The notes under the pieces: generated by a model
What the model was told of the DNA's origin: nothing
The model's input: the letters and a program-made list of their open reading frames with translations, nothing else
Databases searched by the model: none
DNA from: Escherichia phage vB_EcoP_SU10
Direction: 5' to 3' (one strand)
DNA: 64,000 nucleotides
Sequence record: NC_027395.1
Made by a program: the position numbers and the translations under genes
Part shown: piece by piece, positions 21,678-31,496 of the stretch
Layout of the letters: the number at the start of each line of letters is the position of its first letter
Position numbering within the stretch: position 1 is the first letter of the stretch

Positions 21678-22091
21678 TTATATGAATTTCTGCATACCTT
21701 TGATACGAGGGTTATCATCACCAACTCTCGATTTACAGTAAGCGATAAAAGATTCAGTATTGAGGTTATCTTTTTGGGAACCCCACTGAAGGTTGTCTGC
21801 TCTATTGTTGCTCGGATTATCATCCAGATGCATAACAACAGCGTTAGGAAAAGGTTTCTCACCGTGAAAAGTCTCACACACTAAGATATGAATCCTTTTC
21901 TTAAACTTTCTTTTCTTGTTTACAAACACCATTCTTCCATCTTTCTCTCTATATCCGCTATATGGTTTTCCTACGAAAAGCCTAACTCCACCATTATTCA
22001 TTATGGCTGTGAAAGGCTTAATCTTAACTCTACCAAAAGATGATACGGAAAGGAAATCATAATAGGGGTGATCTTTCCAGACTTCTTCCAC
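21678..22091 (-). CDS. HNH homing endonuclease
   Basis: HILVCETFHG ... HLDDNPSNNRADNLQWGSQKDN classic HNH_3 motif. Confidence 0.7.
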   Translation of the reverse strand: MEEVWKDHPYYDFLSVSSFGRVKIKPFTAIMNNGGVRLFVGKPYSGYREKDGRMVFVNKKRKFKKRIHILVCETFHGEKPFPNAVVMHLDDNPSNNRADNLQWGSQKDNLNTESFIAYCKSRVGDDNPRIKGMQKFI

Positions 22092-22100
22092 TATTTATCC

Positions 22101-22847
22101 TCAAAATGGGCTATCGTTGTCGTCTTCGTAAGTAGAAGCAGGCTCTTTATCAATCGTAGGGATTGAAGGGGTAGCTTCTTTCTGTTCTGTTTCAGAAGCA
22201 CGAGTAATTTCACGACCAGCCAGAGGCATGTTCTTAGCGTCATTAGCTTGAGTAAGCAGGTTGCGCTGGAACGGGAACATCAGTTGATAGGATGCTACGT
22301 TCTCATCGGTTTCAGCATATGGTTCGAAGAATACCATAGGACTACGAGCTTCACCAACTGCTGCACGATATTTGGTTGGGATTGGAGAAATGGTCTTGAT
22401 GGAGTTTTTAACTTCACCAGCTTTGTTAGTGTAAGAGTTAACCAGAATGTTAACAGGCTGACCTAACAGCACATCCTTGAACCAAGACAGATCACCTTTC
22501 AGTGCTTGAATACTTGGGTCAATCATCTTGCAAAGATCAAGAATACCAGAGTTCTTAGCTCGTGGGTTTACATCATAACTCTTGAACTGGCAAGCCGGAC
22601 GTGGTTCTAATGCCTTACCATCGGAATCTTTACCAGTAGCATCAACACCAATCAGCTCGAAAGCTAAATCCATACGGAAAGTCGGATTCTTAGGAGTTAC
22701 TGCTTTGGTCTTCGGGTCAATCCAAGGGTCACGATTGTGAACACCCAAACCTACTACACGAACGATACGTGCTTCGTACTCACCATCAGGGATTACATCG
22801 TAGTTGGATTTACGGGAAGCAGTTGCGATAGTTGGAATCATAGACAT
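22101..22847 (-). CDS. single-stranded DNA-binding protein candidate (T7 gp2.5-like)
   Basis: 248 aa with acidic C-terminal tail ending ...YEDDNDSPF (acidic tail with terminal Phe as in gp2.5); position beside replication genes. Confidence 0.45.
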   Translation of the reverse strand: MSMIPTIATASRKSNYDVIPDGEYEARIVRVVGLGVHNRDPWIDPKTKAVTPKNPTFRMDLAFELIGVDATGKDSDGKALEPRPACQFKSYDVNPRAKNSGILDLCKMIDPSIQALKGDLSWFKDVLLGQPVNILVNSYTNKAGEVKNSIKTISPIPTKYRAAVGEARSPMVFFEPYAETDENVASYQLMFPFQRNLLTQANDAKNMPLAGREITRASETEQKEATPSIPTIDKEPASTYEDDNDSPF

Positions 22848-22906
22848 ATTTTAATTTCCTTATTTAATTTGAAAGATTGTTGCTCTCTTTGAGCGGTTAT
22901 GTATAG

Positions 22907-22915
22907 TATACATTA
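22907..22915 (-). promoter_or_regulatory. TAATGTATA promoter-like nonamer upstream of SSB gene
   Basis: Exact nonamer on - strand 59 nt upstream of ATG 22847. Confidence 0.45.
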
Positions 22916-22978
22916 CGCTTATACCGATAAGAGTACTATATAATATAAGTATCTTTGGTAGTAGATATAACACACTAG

Positions 22979-22987
22979 TAATGTATA
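22979..22987 (+). promoter_or_regulatory. TAATGTATA nonamer in opposite orientation (divergent, no + gene downstream)
   Basis: Exact nonamer on + strand inside 410-bp AT-rich intergenic region. Confidence 0.3.
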
Positions 22988-23393
22988 TATTGTATAGCTG
23001 ATAAAGTTATTGCAGGCTTGTATATTGGGCAATTCACAGAATCCCTTGCAAGTACCGAAGGGCAGGAGACACCTGCGAGATAAAAATAGAGAATTAAGGA
23101 ATCCTTGATTTAGGTTGTAGGGACTCCTAGGGACTTTGATTCTCTATTTAAAAGAATATTAATTACTTATTACCTAAATAATTAACTAACTTACTTAAAC
23201 CAAATTCAATAAGAATAGATAAAAAGATTATTCCTAAGAAAGCTAAGAAGTAAACAATATAAGTTACCATTCAAGTAAACCTTTAAAGTTAGATTGTTCT
23301 ACTATCCTCTGATAACGAAGATTAGAATCAGCTTGTTTCTTTAACATCTCATTATATTGATCTCTGATAGAGTCTTTATGTACTACAGGTTCT

Positions 23394-23897
23394 TTAAATA
23401 ACGAGATCTTGTTCTTTTCTTCTTTCATCAAAGACCTTCCTAATCTCTTGCAGAGAAACAGCTTTATAGTTAATTTGCTCCATTGATGTACAGAAATATC
23501 TCCAATCATCAATTACATGGTTGTGTGTATGAGCATAAATGTTAAACTTTCCTCTCATCTCATCAGTGTGAATAGGGATATGAGTTACCCAAAACTCTTT
23601 ATATTTATAATCACCAGAGATTCTACGGAAGACTTTCATCATATCAGGGAGAAGTTCTAACCTGTCATGGTTCCCTAAGACTAGATGCTTCTCTCCTTTT
23701 ACTTCAGCGATGATATCAAGGGCATACTTTTCAAACACCCAATCACCGGTAAAGAAGATTTTGTCTCGCTTAGTTACATGATCAAATGCAGCTAGAATTG
23801 CTTTGTCATGTTCTTCGATGGTTTTAAATTGCTTACGAAAACTACAGATGTTGCGATGACCTAAGTGACCATCTCCTGCAAAATAAACTTCAGCCAT
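23394..23897 (-). CDS. metallophosphoesterase (calcineurin-like phosphatase)
   Basis: GDGHLGH, FFTGDWV, LGNHD, HTH metal-binding motifs. Confidence 0.7.
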   Translation of the reverse strand: MAEVYFAGDGHLGHRNICSFRKQFKTIEEHDKAILAAFDHVTKRDKIFFTGDWVFEKYALDIIAEVKGEKHLVLGNHDRLELLPDMMKVFRRISGDYKYKEFWVTHIPIHTDEMRGKFNIYAHTHNHVIDDWRYFCTSMEQINYKAVSLQEIRKVFDERRKEQDLVI

Positions 23898-23906
23898 AAA
23901 GACCTC

Positions 23907-24122
23907 TTAGATAGTACACCCATCACAAGTTAAGTCACCTAGCAGGGACAGGGAAAGTAATCTGGATTGCTCATCGCTGTATAGTTGATCAATCTCTTCT
24001 TTAAGTTTTGCCAACTCCATAAAGTTAATGAGCTGACCATGTTCGAGGCAGTCTGTTTTTAGTACGAACAAAACTTCAGCGTCTGTTGAATCTTCACTTG
24101 AATATTTATCAATGTATTCCAT
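23907..24122 (-). CDS. hypothetical protein
   Basis: 71-aa ORF tightly packed with neighbours. Confidence 0.35.
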   Translation of the reverse strand: MEYIDKYSSEDSTDAEVLFVLKTDCLEHGQLINFMELAKLKEEIDQLYSDEQSRLLSLSLLGDLTCDGCTI

Positions 24123-24614
24123 TTTTACTCCTATTAATTATGACCAAGATTTAACTTTTACTTCGACGTATGTTTTAACTTCACCTTTCAAGACTTCCTG
24201 AGAAGCATTTGCACTTTCCTCAGAGTGGTGTACAACGGTGATCTCTTTCTTTCCAATCTTATAAGTGTGAATCCAAATCATACTTCTTCCTCATATTCCC
24301 AATTTCTTTCATAATATCCAGAGTTATAGTTTAGGGCGCACTTCTCGGCCTCTTCTATGTCGTCAGTGTTTAGGATATTTACCCATCCTCCAACTTCATC
24401 AAAACCTTCTTCTACTTCGTTAAACCATACACTATACTTTTTCATCGAGAGGTTCTTCCCCAATCTTTTACATAGCATCGACCGTTAACCCACTTCGTCT
24501 CTGATTTAAACTCTTGAGACAATCTCATTTCACAGTCTTCTCTACTGGCATCTCCTCCGATATCAATCAGATATAGGAATAGAGCTATACCTAAAGCCCA
24601 AAGAATTATCTTCT

Positions 24615-25025
24615 TCATCGAATCACCAAAGGCTCTTCAGAGTACACAGGAGCGGCTATTTCTACAGGAGGTGCTGCCCTAAGGTCATTAAGTCTTACAC
24701 CCTTCAGCATCCCATCTAGGTGGTCTTTCTTAGGGATTCCAACAGGGAAGTCGTCAATCCAGATATCTACAAAGAAACCTAACTGGCGACATACGTCATC
24801 TTTCTGAACACCATTACAAAAGATGACAGGGATTTGCAGAGTCTCTGCATCATAGAGGATATCCACGTTATCATAACCATTAGGCTCTGAGAAACGGAAA
24901 GTCACGAATCTTACATCATGTCCATACCCTTTCATCAAACCTATCACATCTCTCCACAGTCGTCTGTCTGCTGTGTAAGTGTCATCATAATCTAAACCAA
25001 TATTCATGTCAAATCCTTTAGACAA
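24615..25025 (-). CDS. HAD-like phosphatase candidate
   Basis: N-terminal IGLDYDDT fits the DxDxT motif I of HAD hydrolases. Confidence 0.4.
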   Translation of the reverse strand: MSKGFDMNIGLDYDDTYTADRRLWRDVIGLMKGYGHDVRFVTFRFSEPNGYDNVDILYDAETLQIPVIFCNGVQKDDVCRQLGFFVDIWIDDFPVGIPKKDHLDGMLKGVRLNDLRAAPPVEIAAPVYSEEPLVIR

Positions 25026-25047
25026 GAAAAGCCGCCCGAAGGCAGCT
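25024..25047 (-). terminator. intrinsic terminator (strand-specific, G-U pair)
   Basis: - strand AGCTGCC-TTCG-GGCGGCT then TTTTCTT; C-A mismatch on + strand. Confidence 0.5.
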
Positions 25048-25239
25048 TCTTATTTAACTATTTACTTTAGCTTCAAGTGTTTCGTTTTCAATACTCAAGT
25101 CAATCACTACACCAGTAAGCCCAACGACTGCTTGGCGAAGGGCGTCTTTACCCATAGAGTGTACTTGAGATAAGAAGAAAGCTTTACCTTCTTCAGTGGA
25201 TAGGGTTTCTTTTAATTCAGAAGCAGTCATTGATATTCC

Positions 25240-25434
25240 TTATGTTATGTTATAAATTCGCATGATTGTACCACCATTGGCTTCAATAGCAGCAACCATT
25301 TGGTTTCGTTCTTCATCCGTGTAAACTAACACACTTCTAAACTCGCCTGTTGCATCAGTATAAAGGATGTTATATTTTGGAGGCGGTTTACGGTAAATAC
25401 CTTCCATCACTCTTTCTCCTCTCGTTCTTTCCAC
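25240..25434 (-). CDS. hypothetical protein
   Basis: 64-aa ORF. Confidence 0.35.
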   Translation of the reverse strand: MERTRGERVMEGIYRKPPPKYNILYTDATGEFRSVLVYTDEERNQMVAAIEANGGTIMRIYNIT

Positions 25435-25590
25435 AGTTCGGCTAGCTCTAGATAGAACTCAGCCTCATCAGGACGACCTTGTTCATTACAGATGGCGCTC
25501 TGACGATAACACCAATCCGATGGCATCTCTTCCACTTCAATCTCCTTGTTACGAACCAATCAATAAGAATAGTTCATTCGTCTTATTTAT

Positions 25591-25785
25591 TCACTCTACC
25601 AATGCAGGTACTTCTATCCGTTTAACTGTGAATGTCTTGTTTGGAAACTTTCGAACTAGCTCTGCTGCTTTGGTTATTGCTAAGTTCTCTGTCTCAAAGA
25701 TACACAGTTGACCATTTAATGCTACGAGAGTGGAGCCACCACTGAAGACGGCCCAAGATTCATAATAACCACGAACACTCATCAC
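25591..25785 (-). CDS. hypothetical protein
   Basis: 64-aa ORF. Confidence 0.35.
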   Translation of the reverse strand: MMSVRGYYESWAVFSGGSTLVALNGQLCIFETENLAITKAAELVRKFPNKTFTVKRIEVPALVE

Positions 25786-26150
25786 TCAACCTCAATACTA
25801 TATAGAGTTTTCAGTGTATCTTTAATCCAAGCCCGTCGTTTTGGATTCTTATGATGTGCCCCGTTTTCCCTATCTCTAAAATATTGATCACATCCGAATG
25901 GGTATGTTGGGTCCAAAAACTTTTCTTGATTAAACATATTCTTCATGTCGTCAATATCTAAATGCTTTGTGAAATAGTAATACCTCTTATAACAGCGAAA
26001 GTTGAAGCATAATCCGTGATCTTCACTAAACCATTTTGGATAAATTCCAGTCTTAGTTATTTCATAATATTGGAGGAGGAAATCCTCCATCCCCCTCTCT
26101 TTAGCTAAACATCTCAATGTTCTGTAGATGATATTGGTTTCTTTCATCAC
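25782..26150 (-). CDS. hypothetical protein
   Basis: 122-aa ORF immediately downstream of polymerase gene. Confidence 0.4.
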   Translation of the reverse strand: MMKETNIIYRTLRCLAKERGMEDFLLQYYEITKTGIYPKWFSEDHGLCFNFRCYKRYYYFTKHLDIDDMKNMFNQEKFLDPTYPFGCDQYFRDRENGAHHKNPKRRAWIKDTLKTLYSIEVE

Positions 26151-26155
26151 TCACC

Positions 26156-28000
26156 TTAGTGTGTATGCATCCAGTTAAGTCCAATCTGACAATCAGATGC
26201 CAGAGGACATTCCATGTTCAGATACTCGCCAGCTTTCTTAACACAAAGCTCAGTGTGCTCTTTGAGTTTCTGTACATCATTACGGTTTACTGAGAATTGA
26301 CCTTCATCGTGCATATCAATTACCTTAGCACAACGAACCTTATCTTTCTCAATCCACTTGTTAAGGAACATCATAGCATATTTCATAACAACAGCACCAG
26401 CACATTGCAGGAGTGTGTTAAGGGCTTTATGAACCATAACCTTACCAGTGGCATCCCGTCTCATTGTAATCTTACGACCATCAACTCCAATCAAGTATCC
26501 TTGAGCAGCTTTCTCTGTCATACGATCAATGAGGATTGCAATACATGGGTTCTCTGCTAAGAAACGTGCTCGCATCACTGAACCTTCGTCAGCCCCACCA
26601 CCTACAATTGAACCAAGCTTAGCATCGCCAGCACCGTAGTTGAATGCATAGATAAACGTTTTAGCGTTGTCACGAGTAGGAAGACCAGCAAGTTTCTGGT
26701 TATGGGAGTGGATATCACCTTCAAGGAGAATATCACGATACATAATAGCAGAAGCTAAACCACGTTCTGCCAGAGCTTTCTTAGCTGGGTTGTTCTCTTC
26801 TATTGCCTCAGCAAGCATATCCCTACACTCTTTAATGAGGTAGTGAGCTAGCATACGAAGTTCAAGTCCAGAACCATCATACCCTAAGAACACTTCTTTA
26901 CCAGCGGGTATGTAATATTTGTAAGCACCTATAGGTTTGTCTTTCTTCCCCGGCTTACCTTTCTCGTAAATTACGTTAGTACCTTTTCGTATATAACAAC
27001 CATCAGGAACAACGTTAGTAATAACGAAAGGACGAGAGTGATCACTGTCTGAGTTATAGTCAGACTCAAACAAACTGCGACACTCGTGACCAAACAGACC
27101 ACGGGAGGGAATATTAACCACGATACGATGTTTGAATCGAAAAGTCGGCGTAGCGCAGCTGTTAGCTTCTGCCGAAAGTTTACCATCTTCGCGTTCCTTT
27201 GCTATAAGTCCACTGATAAGACCTAGCCTGTGAGCCGCTACAACGCGTCTCTTAAGCAAACTTCCGACACTCCCTAGCTCACCCCCTAACCCTTCTTCAA
27301 GAGTCTCCTCGAGGTTTGTAGGAGCTGTAGGCCACTTGTTTGATGTGGCTAGTGCTTTCTTAATCTCATCAAACGTTACAGGATTACGGCGATTAGGGTT
27401 CAACCCCAAACCAAATACGTAAGCCTTCATGTAATTCTTAGTCTTAAACCTGAAATGCTTTTCTAAGAACTTCTTAATATCAGCGTCAACCATCTCGGCT
27501 GTCTGCTTCTGCTTAGCATTGCCTCGCATCCAAGCAGTATACCATGCTTGGTATGTTCCATACTTTCTCATATCTTTCTTAATTTCGAAAGTATTCCAAG
27601 GCTTCTTAGACACGTTAAACTCTGGAGGAAGAAAGCCCTCATCCATAAGAGCTTCTTTAACTCGTGCATCTTTCGATGGGTCAAAGTCTACGTATTCAAC
27701 ACAGGTGAAAGCTCCACCAATATCTTCTCTCTTCAGCCCAACCCTATCACAATAGGCTTGAGGCCACTTCTGTAAAGCTCCAGACTTCTTAAACGGCTTC
27801 ATGTAAGTAGAGCCGTCTAATCTCATCTTAGGTAAGAGAGGAATCAACTCTCTGTCAATATTAACAATAATCTCTTTAAGGAGGTGAACATACCACCGAG
27901 CATTTCTTCGGTTGAAACTCACTCCGTGCTTTGCTTGCTTAGAGATTATATCAGCGACAGTCATCTCTGTCAAAAATGGAAGAGCGTCCGGGTTGCTCAC
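26156..28000 (-). CDS. DNA polymerase (family A, T7 gp5-like), polymerase-domain ORF
   Basis: KTFIYAFNYGAGDAKLG matches T7 KTFIYGFLYGAGDEKIG; C-terminal HDEGQF; N-terminus aligns to the region just after the T7 exonuclease domain. Confidence 0.85.
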   Translation of the reverse strand: MSNPDALPFLTEMTVADIISKQAKHGVSFNRRNARWYVHLLKEIIVNIDRELIPLLPKMRLDGSTYMKPFKKSGALQKWPQAYCDRVGLKREDIGGAFTCVEYVDFDPSKDARVKEALMDEGFLPPEFNVSKKPWNTFEIKKDMRKYGTYQAWYTAWMRGNAKQKQTAEMVDADIKKFLEKHFRFKTKNYMKAYVFGLGLNPNRRNPVTFDEIKKALATSNKWPTAPTNLEETLEEGLGGELGSVGSLLKRRVVAAHRLGLISGLIAKEREDGKLSAEANSCATPTFRFKHRIVVNIPSRGLFGHECRSLFESDYNSDSDHSRPFVITNVVPDGCYIRKGTNVIYEKGKPGKKDKPIGAYKYYIPAGKEVFLGYDGSGLELRMLAHYLIKECRDMLAEAIEENNPAKKALAERGLASAIMYRDILLEGDIHSHNQKLAGLPTRDNAKTFIYAFNYGAGDAKLGSIVGGGADEGSVMRARFLAENPCIAILIDRMTEKAAQGYLIGVDGRKITMRRDATGKVMVHKALNTLLQCAGAVVMKYAMMFLNKWIEKDKVRCAKVIDMHDEGQFSVNRNDVQKLKEHTELCVKKAGEYLNMECPLASDCQIGLNWMHTH

Positions 28001-28016
28001 TTTATACTCCTTTAAA

Positions 28017-28430
28017 TTATTGGTAAAGTAAATCTGTAAATGCTTGGTTATCTTCTACTACATCCAATGATGTGGAATCAACAGCATATGACCTCATTGC
28101 TGCATTTGTTTGTGCCCAAGTAGATGGAGAATAAGAAGACCTAATCTCACGAGGCTGCTCTCGTACCAGATGGGCCACAACCCTCTGATTAGCAACTTCT
28201 TCTCTTTCTCTGATAGCTCTCTGAATGTAGGCCAGCTTCATGCCCCAAGCTTCTTCAAACTCTTGAGGGTGTTTATCACTGATAACCACATATTGACGTT
28301 CAGGAATACCAGAGCGAATTTCTGACAATAATTCATGGAACAAATCCAGTTCGTGCTCAGTGAGATTCATTTCGATATCATCCCACTTGAGAACTAAGAA
28401 ACGGTTTTGGTGTCTAGCTGGTAATGGCAT
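28017..28430 (-). CDS. hypothetical protein
   Basis: 137-aa ORF. Confidence 0.4.
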   Translation of the reverse strand: MPLPARHQNRFLVLKWDDIEMNLTEHELDLFHELLSEIRSGIPERQYVVISDKHPQEFEEAWGMKLAYIQRAIREREEVANQRVVAHLVREQPREIRSSYSPSTWAQTNAAMRSYAVDSTSLDVVEDNQAFTDLLYQ

Positions 28431-28433
28431 AAC

Positions 28434-28718
28434 TCAACCTCTTGGGAATGGCATCAAAAATTCCACAGCAGATTTAATTTCATTATTGATTCTTGAATCA
28501 CGATAAGAGATAAACTTACCTTTGCTATCACGTAACATCACATTAGTTCTGGCTGTTTTGTGAGGGAGTAATGTGACACTAGTTGGAATAGCATCAACCC
28601 CTACAGCGTATTTGTCAATAGTCTTACTTTCAGCCAACAGATAAGACCAAGTACGCGGTTTCTGCTCCGGGCGGTTAGGGTATGTGTCCCGAATCTGAAC
28701 CATAGCTAACTTATTCAT
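28434..28718 (-). CDS. hypothetical protein, paralog pair member
   Basis: Shares TARTNVMLRDSKGKFISY ... PFPRG with the next gene. Confidence 0.45.
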   Translation of the reverse strand: MNKLAMVQIRDTYPNRPEQKPRTWSYLLAESKTIDKYAVGVDAIPTSVTLLPHKTARTNVMLRDSKGKFISYRDSRINNEIKSAVEFLMPFPRG

Positions 28719-28719
28719 A

Positions 28720-28974
28720 TTAAACTCCTTTAGGGAATGGGATGAGATTTTCTACTGCAACACGGAAAGATTTTTCTACGTTCTTATTCTTATAAGAGAT
28801 AAATTTTCCATCAGCTCCTCGAAGGAGTACGTTAGTGCGAGCTGTATTTGGGGTTTGTTGAATCATAGAACGAATGATGTTCTCTGAACCTCTATGCTTA
28901 TTGGTGAATTTCCAACTGATAGTTTTACCGGTACGAGATACATCAATAATATTTACAATTTTTACAATAGACAT
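28720..28974 (-). CDS. hypothetical protein, paralog pair member
   Basis: TARTNVLLRGADGKFISY ... PFPKG. Confidence 0.45.
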   Translation of the reverse strand: MSIVKIVNIIDVSRTGKTISWKFTNKHRGSENIIRSMIQQTPNTARTNVLLRGADGKFISYKNKNVEKSFRVAVENLIPFPKGV

Positions 28975-29007
28975 ATTTATTACCTAAGAAATTTAATTTG
29001 GTTTATA

Positions 29008-29040
29008 TAAAAGAAAAGGCCACCTGATTAGGCAGCCTTT
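29008..29040 (-). terminator. intrinsic terminator (strand-specific)
   Basis: - strand AAAGGCTGCC-TAATCA-GGTGGCCTTT with two G-U pairs, then TTTTCTT. Confidence 0.5.
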
Positions 29041-29043
29041 GTT

Positions 29044-29337
29044 CTAGAGACGAAGCCAAGTTTGATAGTCAGCTTCAGTGTAATGGTTGTTTCGAGAGTT
29101 GTTTTTCATTTCCTTGAGAGTAGCTCTCAGGTCAATGTTATGCTCTCTCCTTGTTCTATTCGGGTCTGTATCTTCTAATAGATGTGAGTGATCACTACAA
29201 GAGTAGTGCTTATAGTGGTCCCTGTATCCTCTACTTGGAGAATACTTGGTCATTAAAGTTGCAACTCTTTTTACACCCTCTGCTTTACAGAATTTACAAT
29301 AAGTGTGAATTGTACATCTTTTTGTTTCTGCTGACAC
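29044..29337 (-). CDS. Cys/His-rich protein (zinc-binding candidate)
   Basis: 97 aa with C-x2-C and multiple His/Cys clusters. Confidence 0.4.
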   Translation of the reverse strand: MSAETKRCTIHTYCKFCKAEGVKRVATLMTKYSPSRGYRDHYKHYSCSDHSHLLEDTDPNRTRREHNIDLRATLKEMKNNSRNNHYTEADYQTWLRL

Positions 29338-29347
29338 TATAACCTCT

Positions 29348-29662
29348 TTATGAGCTTAAAGCTCCTTTGCGTGCTCCAGCTGCTTTTCCAGCTCGATCAC
29401 CACTTTTGCCGCCGTTTGAACGGTTTGAGCTGACTGATTCAACACGTAAGTTGCTTGACGCATTAGAGCCTCCAGACTTGACAGCTCGTTTGTGTCCAAC
29501 GTCTTTACCTCTGACAGCAGCTTTTCCATCGCGCTTTTCAACGATGCGACGTGCACGGTGGCGCTGAGCATCTCCGCTCTTGCTCCCAACGCCTGTCTCA
29601 CCACGGGCAATTGCGGTACGTCTTTCTTGTGCATAATCTCTCTTTCCTACATGATCTGCCAT
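29348..29662 (-). CDS. highly basic low-complexity protein
   Basis: Strong RBS AAGGAG 5 nt before ATG; Arg/Lys/Gly/Ser-rich; TAATGTATA nonamer 36 nt upstream. Confidence 0.45.
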   Translation of the reverse strand: MADHVGKRDYAQERRTAIARGETGVGSKSGDAQRHRARRIVEKRDGKAAVRGKDVGHKRAVKSGGSNASSNLRVESVSSNRSNGGKSGDRAGKAAGARKGALSS

Positions 29663-29698
29663 TTAAAACTCCTTAATATATCAGTGTACACTAAGGAG

Positions 29699-29707
29699 TA
29701 TACATTA
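29699..29707 (-). promoter_or_regulatory. TAATGTATA promoter-like nonamer
   Basis: Exact nonamer on - strand upstream of 29348..29662. Confidence 0.45.
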
Positions 29708-29718
29708 TAAGTTACTGT

Positions 29719-30456
29719 TTAAGCTTTCTTTTCCATTGCTTTAACAATCGCCTTACAGAAACCAGAACGAACAATGTCATCCGATTCTCCGTCTACAATC
29801 TCAGCGAACTCATACAGATCATGTTCATCAATAAAGTTAGTAGCCCAAGTAAGACCACTCTCACGACCACGCATATCATGCTGGTTTGTATCACCCATAC
29901 AGAACAATTGAGAGGTTTCTCCCAATCGAGTCATGATGGAGAAGGCTTCATCCTTAGTTGTGTTCTGGAACTCATCTACGATAACAATGGCATCATTGAA
30001 AGAGCGACCACGGAGATATTCCAGAGGTACAAATTCAATGTTACCATTTCCGATTTGGCATTCATAGAATCCCTTACCATATCGCTGAGTAATAACATCA
30101 ATGATAGGCATCAGGTAAGGTTCAAACTTCTCACGCATTCCTCCCGGAAGTAACCCAAGAGAGTTTCCCATGCCAACCGAAGGGCGACTCAGAATGATCT
30201 TCTGAATCTTACCACTTTTCAGTGCATCGATAACCGTGGAAGTGATTACAAAGGTCTTACCACAGCCCGCAGGAGCGTCTGTGAACACAACTTGTTTAGT
30301 CTTAATAGCATTGAGTAGCTCAGACTGAAACTGGTTCTGAGGGACTACAGGCTTTGCTAAAACCACCTCTTCATACTCTCGCTTACCCTTACGAGTAACA
30401 AGTGCTTCCCGACGAAGGTCTTTCCGTGATTCTTTCCGTGATTGACGACGACTCAT
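29719..30456 (-). CDS. phoH: PhoH-like ATPase
   Basis: Walker A DAPAGCGKTF and typical PhoH-like core (ILSRPSV ... IVIVDEFQN). Confidence 0.8.
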   Translation of the reverse strand: MSRRQSRKESRKDLRREALVTRKGKREYEEVVLAKPVVPQNQFQSELLNAIKTKQVVFTDAPAGCGKTFVITSTVIDALKSGKIQKIILSRPSVGMGNSLGLLPGGMREKFEPYLMPIIDVITQRYGKGFYECQIGNGNIEFVPLEYLRGRSFNDAIVIVDEFQNTTKDEAFSIMTRLGETSQLFCMGDTNQHDMRGRESGLTWATNFIDEHDLYEFAEIVDGESDDIVRSGFCKAIVKAMEKKA

Positions 30457-30638
30457 TTACGCTCTCCAATTTCTTCGTAATGACACTCAGTAGTTAAACA
30501 GTCTTTACAGATTGCTGTATAAACCCTGACGTTAGTAAATCGTTTGTTCTTCCCTTTGGTTGGAGAGCCTTTGGCAAGCTCTCTGATAATCTTGTTACTT
30601 AAATGAAGGTTTGTTCCTTCGCATTTAGAGCACTTCAT
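30453..30638 (-). CDS. zinc-ribbon protein
   Basis: 61 aa with CSKCEG ... CKDC. Confidence 0.4.
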   Translation of the reverse strand: MKCSKCEGTNLHLSNKIIRELAKGSPTKGKNKRFTNVRVYTAICKDCLTTECHYEEIGERK

Positions 30639-30954
30639 GGTTCATATCTTTATGAATCCTGTAAACAGCTGTCGCCATACAAGCAACAGCCTCATTGTGT
30701 GGGAGATGCATTCCTGTAGAACCATCCCAATCTTTGAACTCATTGTCAAAGACTCCGGTAGGCTCTGGATACAGAGCTTGCAGCTCCACTAGATCATTAG
30801 CAACTTGTTGCCATTTATCATCAGACCAGATAGGGTCATCCAACCAGTAATACAAATAGGAATGGATGATCAATTGCCTTCTATGCCGATTGATTACTTC
30901 AGCGGGACTTATTTCACTTCCATTTGAAGTCCTAAATGTATTACTGTCAATCAT
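30625..30954 (-). CDS. protein resembling domain Ia of NAD-dependent DNA ligase
   Basis: HSYLYYWLDDPIWSDDKWQQVANDLVELQALYPEP parallels LigA N-terminal [34 protein letters not shown]. Confidence 0.3.
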   Translation of the reverse strand: MIDSNTFRTSNGSEISPAEVINRHRRQLIIHSYLYYWLDDPIWSDDKWQQVANDLVELQALYPEPTGVFDNEFKDWDGSTGMHLPHNEAVACMATAVYRIHKDMNHEVL

Positions 30955-31136
30955 TTCACAACCTTAAATTTGAATGTTGTTGGGTGATAATAATGCAATC
31001 TATTGATAGTGTGTTTTGTTTCAAGATATATCCTGCAAGAGTGGCACATGACATGGGTCAGACCAGTTACAGGATTAGGTTTAAAGTTGGCGACAGTCTT
31101 CTCTTTATTACAGAAGCTACAGACTTTCTTTTCCAT
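30951..31136 (-). CDS. zinc-finger protein
   Basis: Start MEKKVCSFCNKEK with GGAGA RBS; C-x2-C ... C-x-S-C. Confidence 0.35.
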   Translation of the reverse strand: MEKKVCSFCNKEKTVANFKPNPVTGLTHVMCHSCRIYLETKHTINRLHYYHPTTFKFKVVK

Positions 31137-31350
31137 CTTTTCTCCAGTGGTCAACGAATTGCTGAAACACTTTACGATCAAATGTGAAATTACGAGCAAT
31201 TCCGCATTCTCTAAAAGTGGCAGGCATATAATCTACATCACCTTCAGATGTATGACCATAGACTTGAATAAGCTTCTTAATCTTATCTTTCTCTCTTCGA
31301 GGAAGCATTCTAAATGCCTCCTGAATATCTGTAATATGTTTTATCTTCAT
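31117..31350 (-). CDS. hypothetical protein
   Basis: 77-aa ORF. Confidence 0.35.
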   Translation of the reverse strand: MKIKHITDIQEAFRMLPRREKDKIKKLIQVYGHTSEGDVDYMPATFRECGIARNFTFDRKVFQQFVDHWRKDGKESL

Positions 31351-31496
31351 AAGGAATTCCTGCTAATCCTCTGAGTTGTGGGAACAGCAATATTCACATA
31401 CTCCGCAACATGGACAAATTTCTACACTTGGGTCATATGCATCATCAACTGTCATCCCACACTTGGTGCAGAACACATCGTCATCTTCTTCCAACA

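Noticed and set aside
29356-29634. Alternative frame ORF 29356..29634 nested in 29348..29662
   Set aside because: The longer frame has a strong AAGGAG RBS and a promoter-like nonamer upstream; the nested frame has neither. Both frames look protein-like, so this is a tentative choice.
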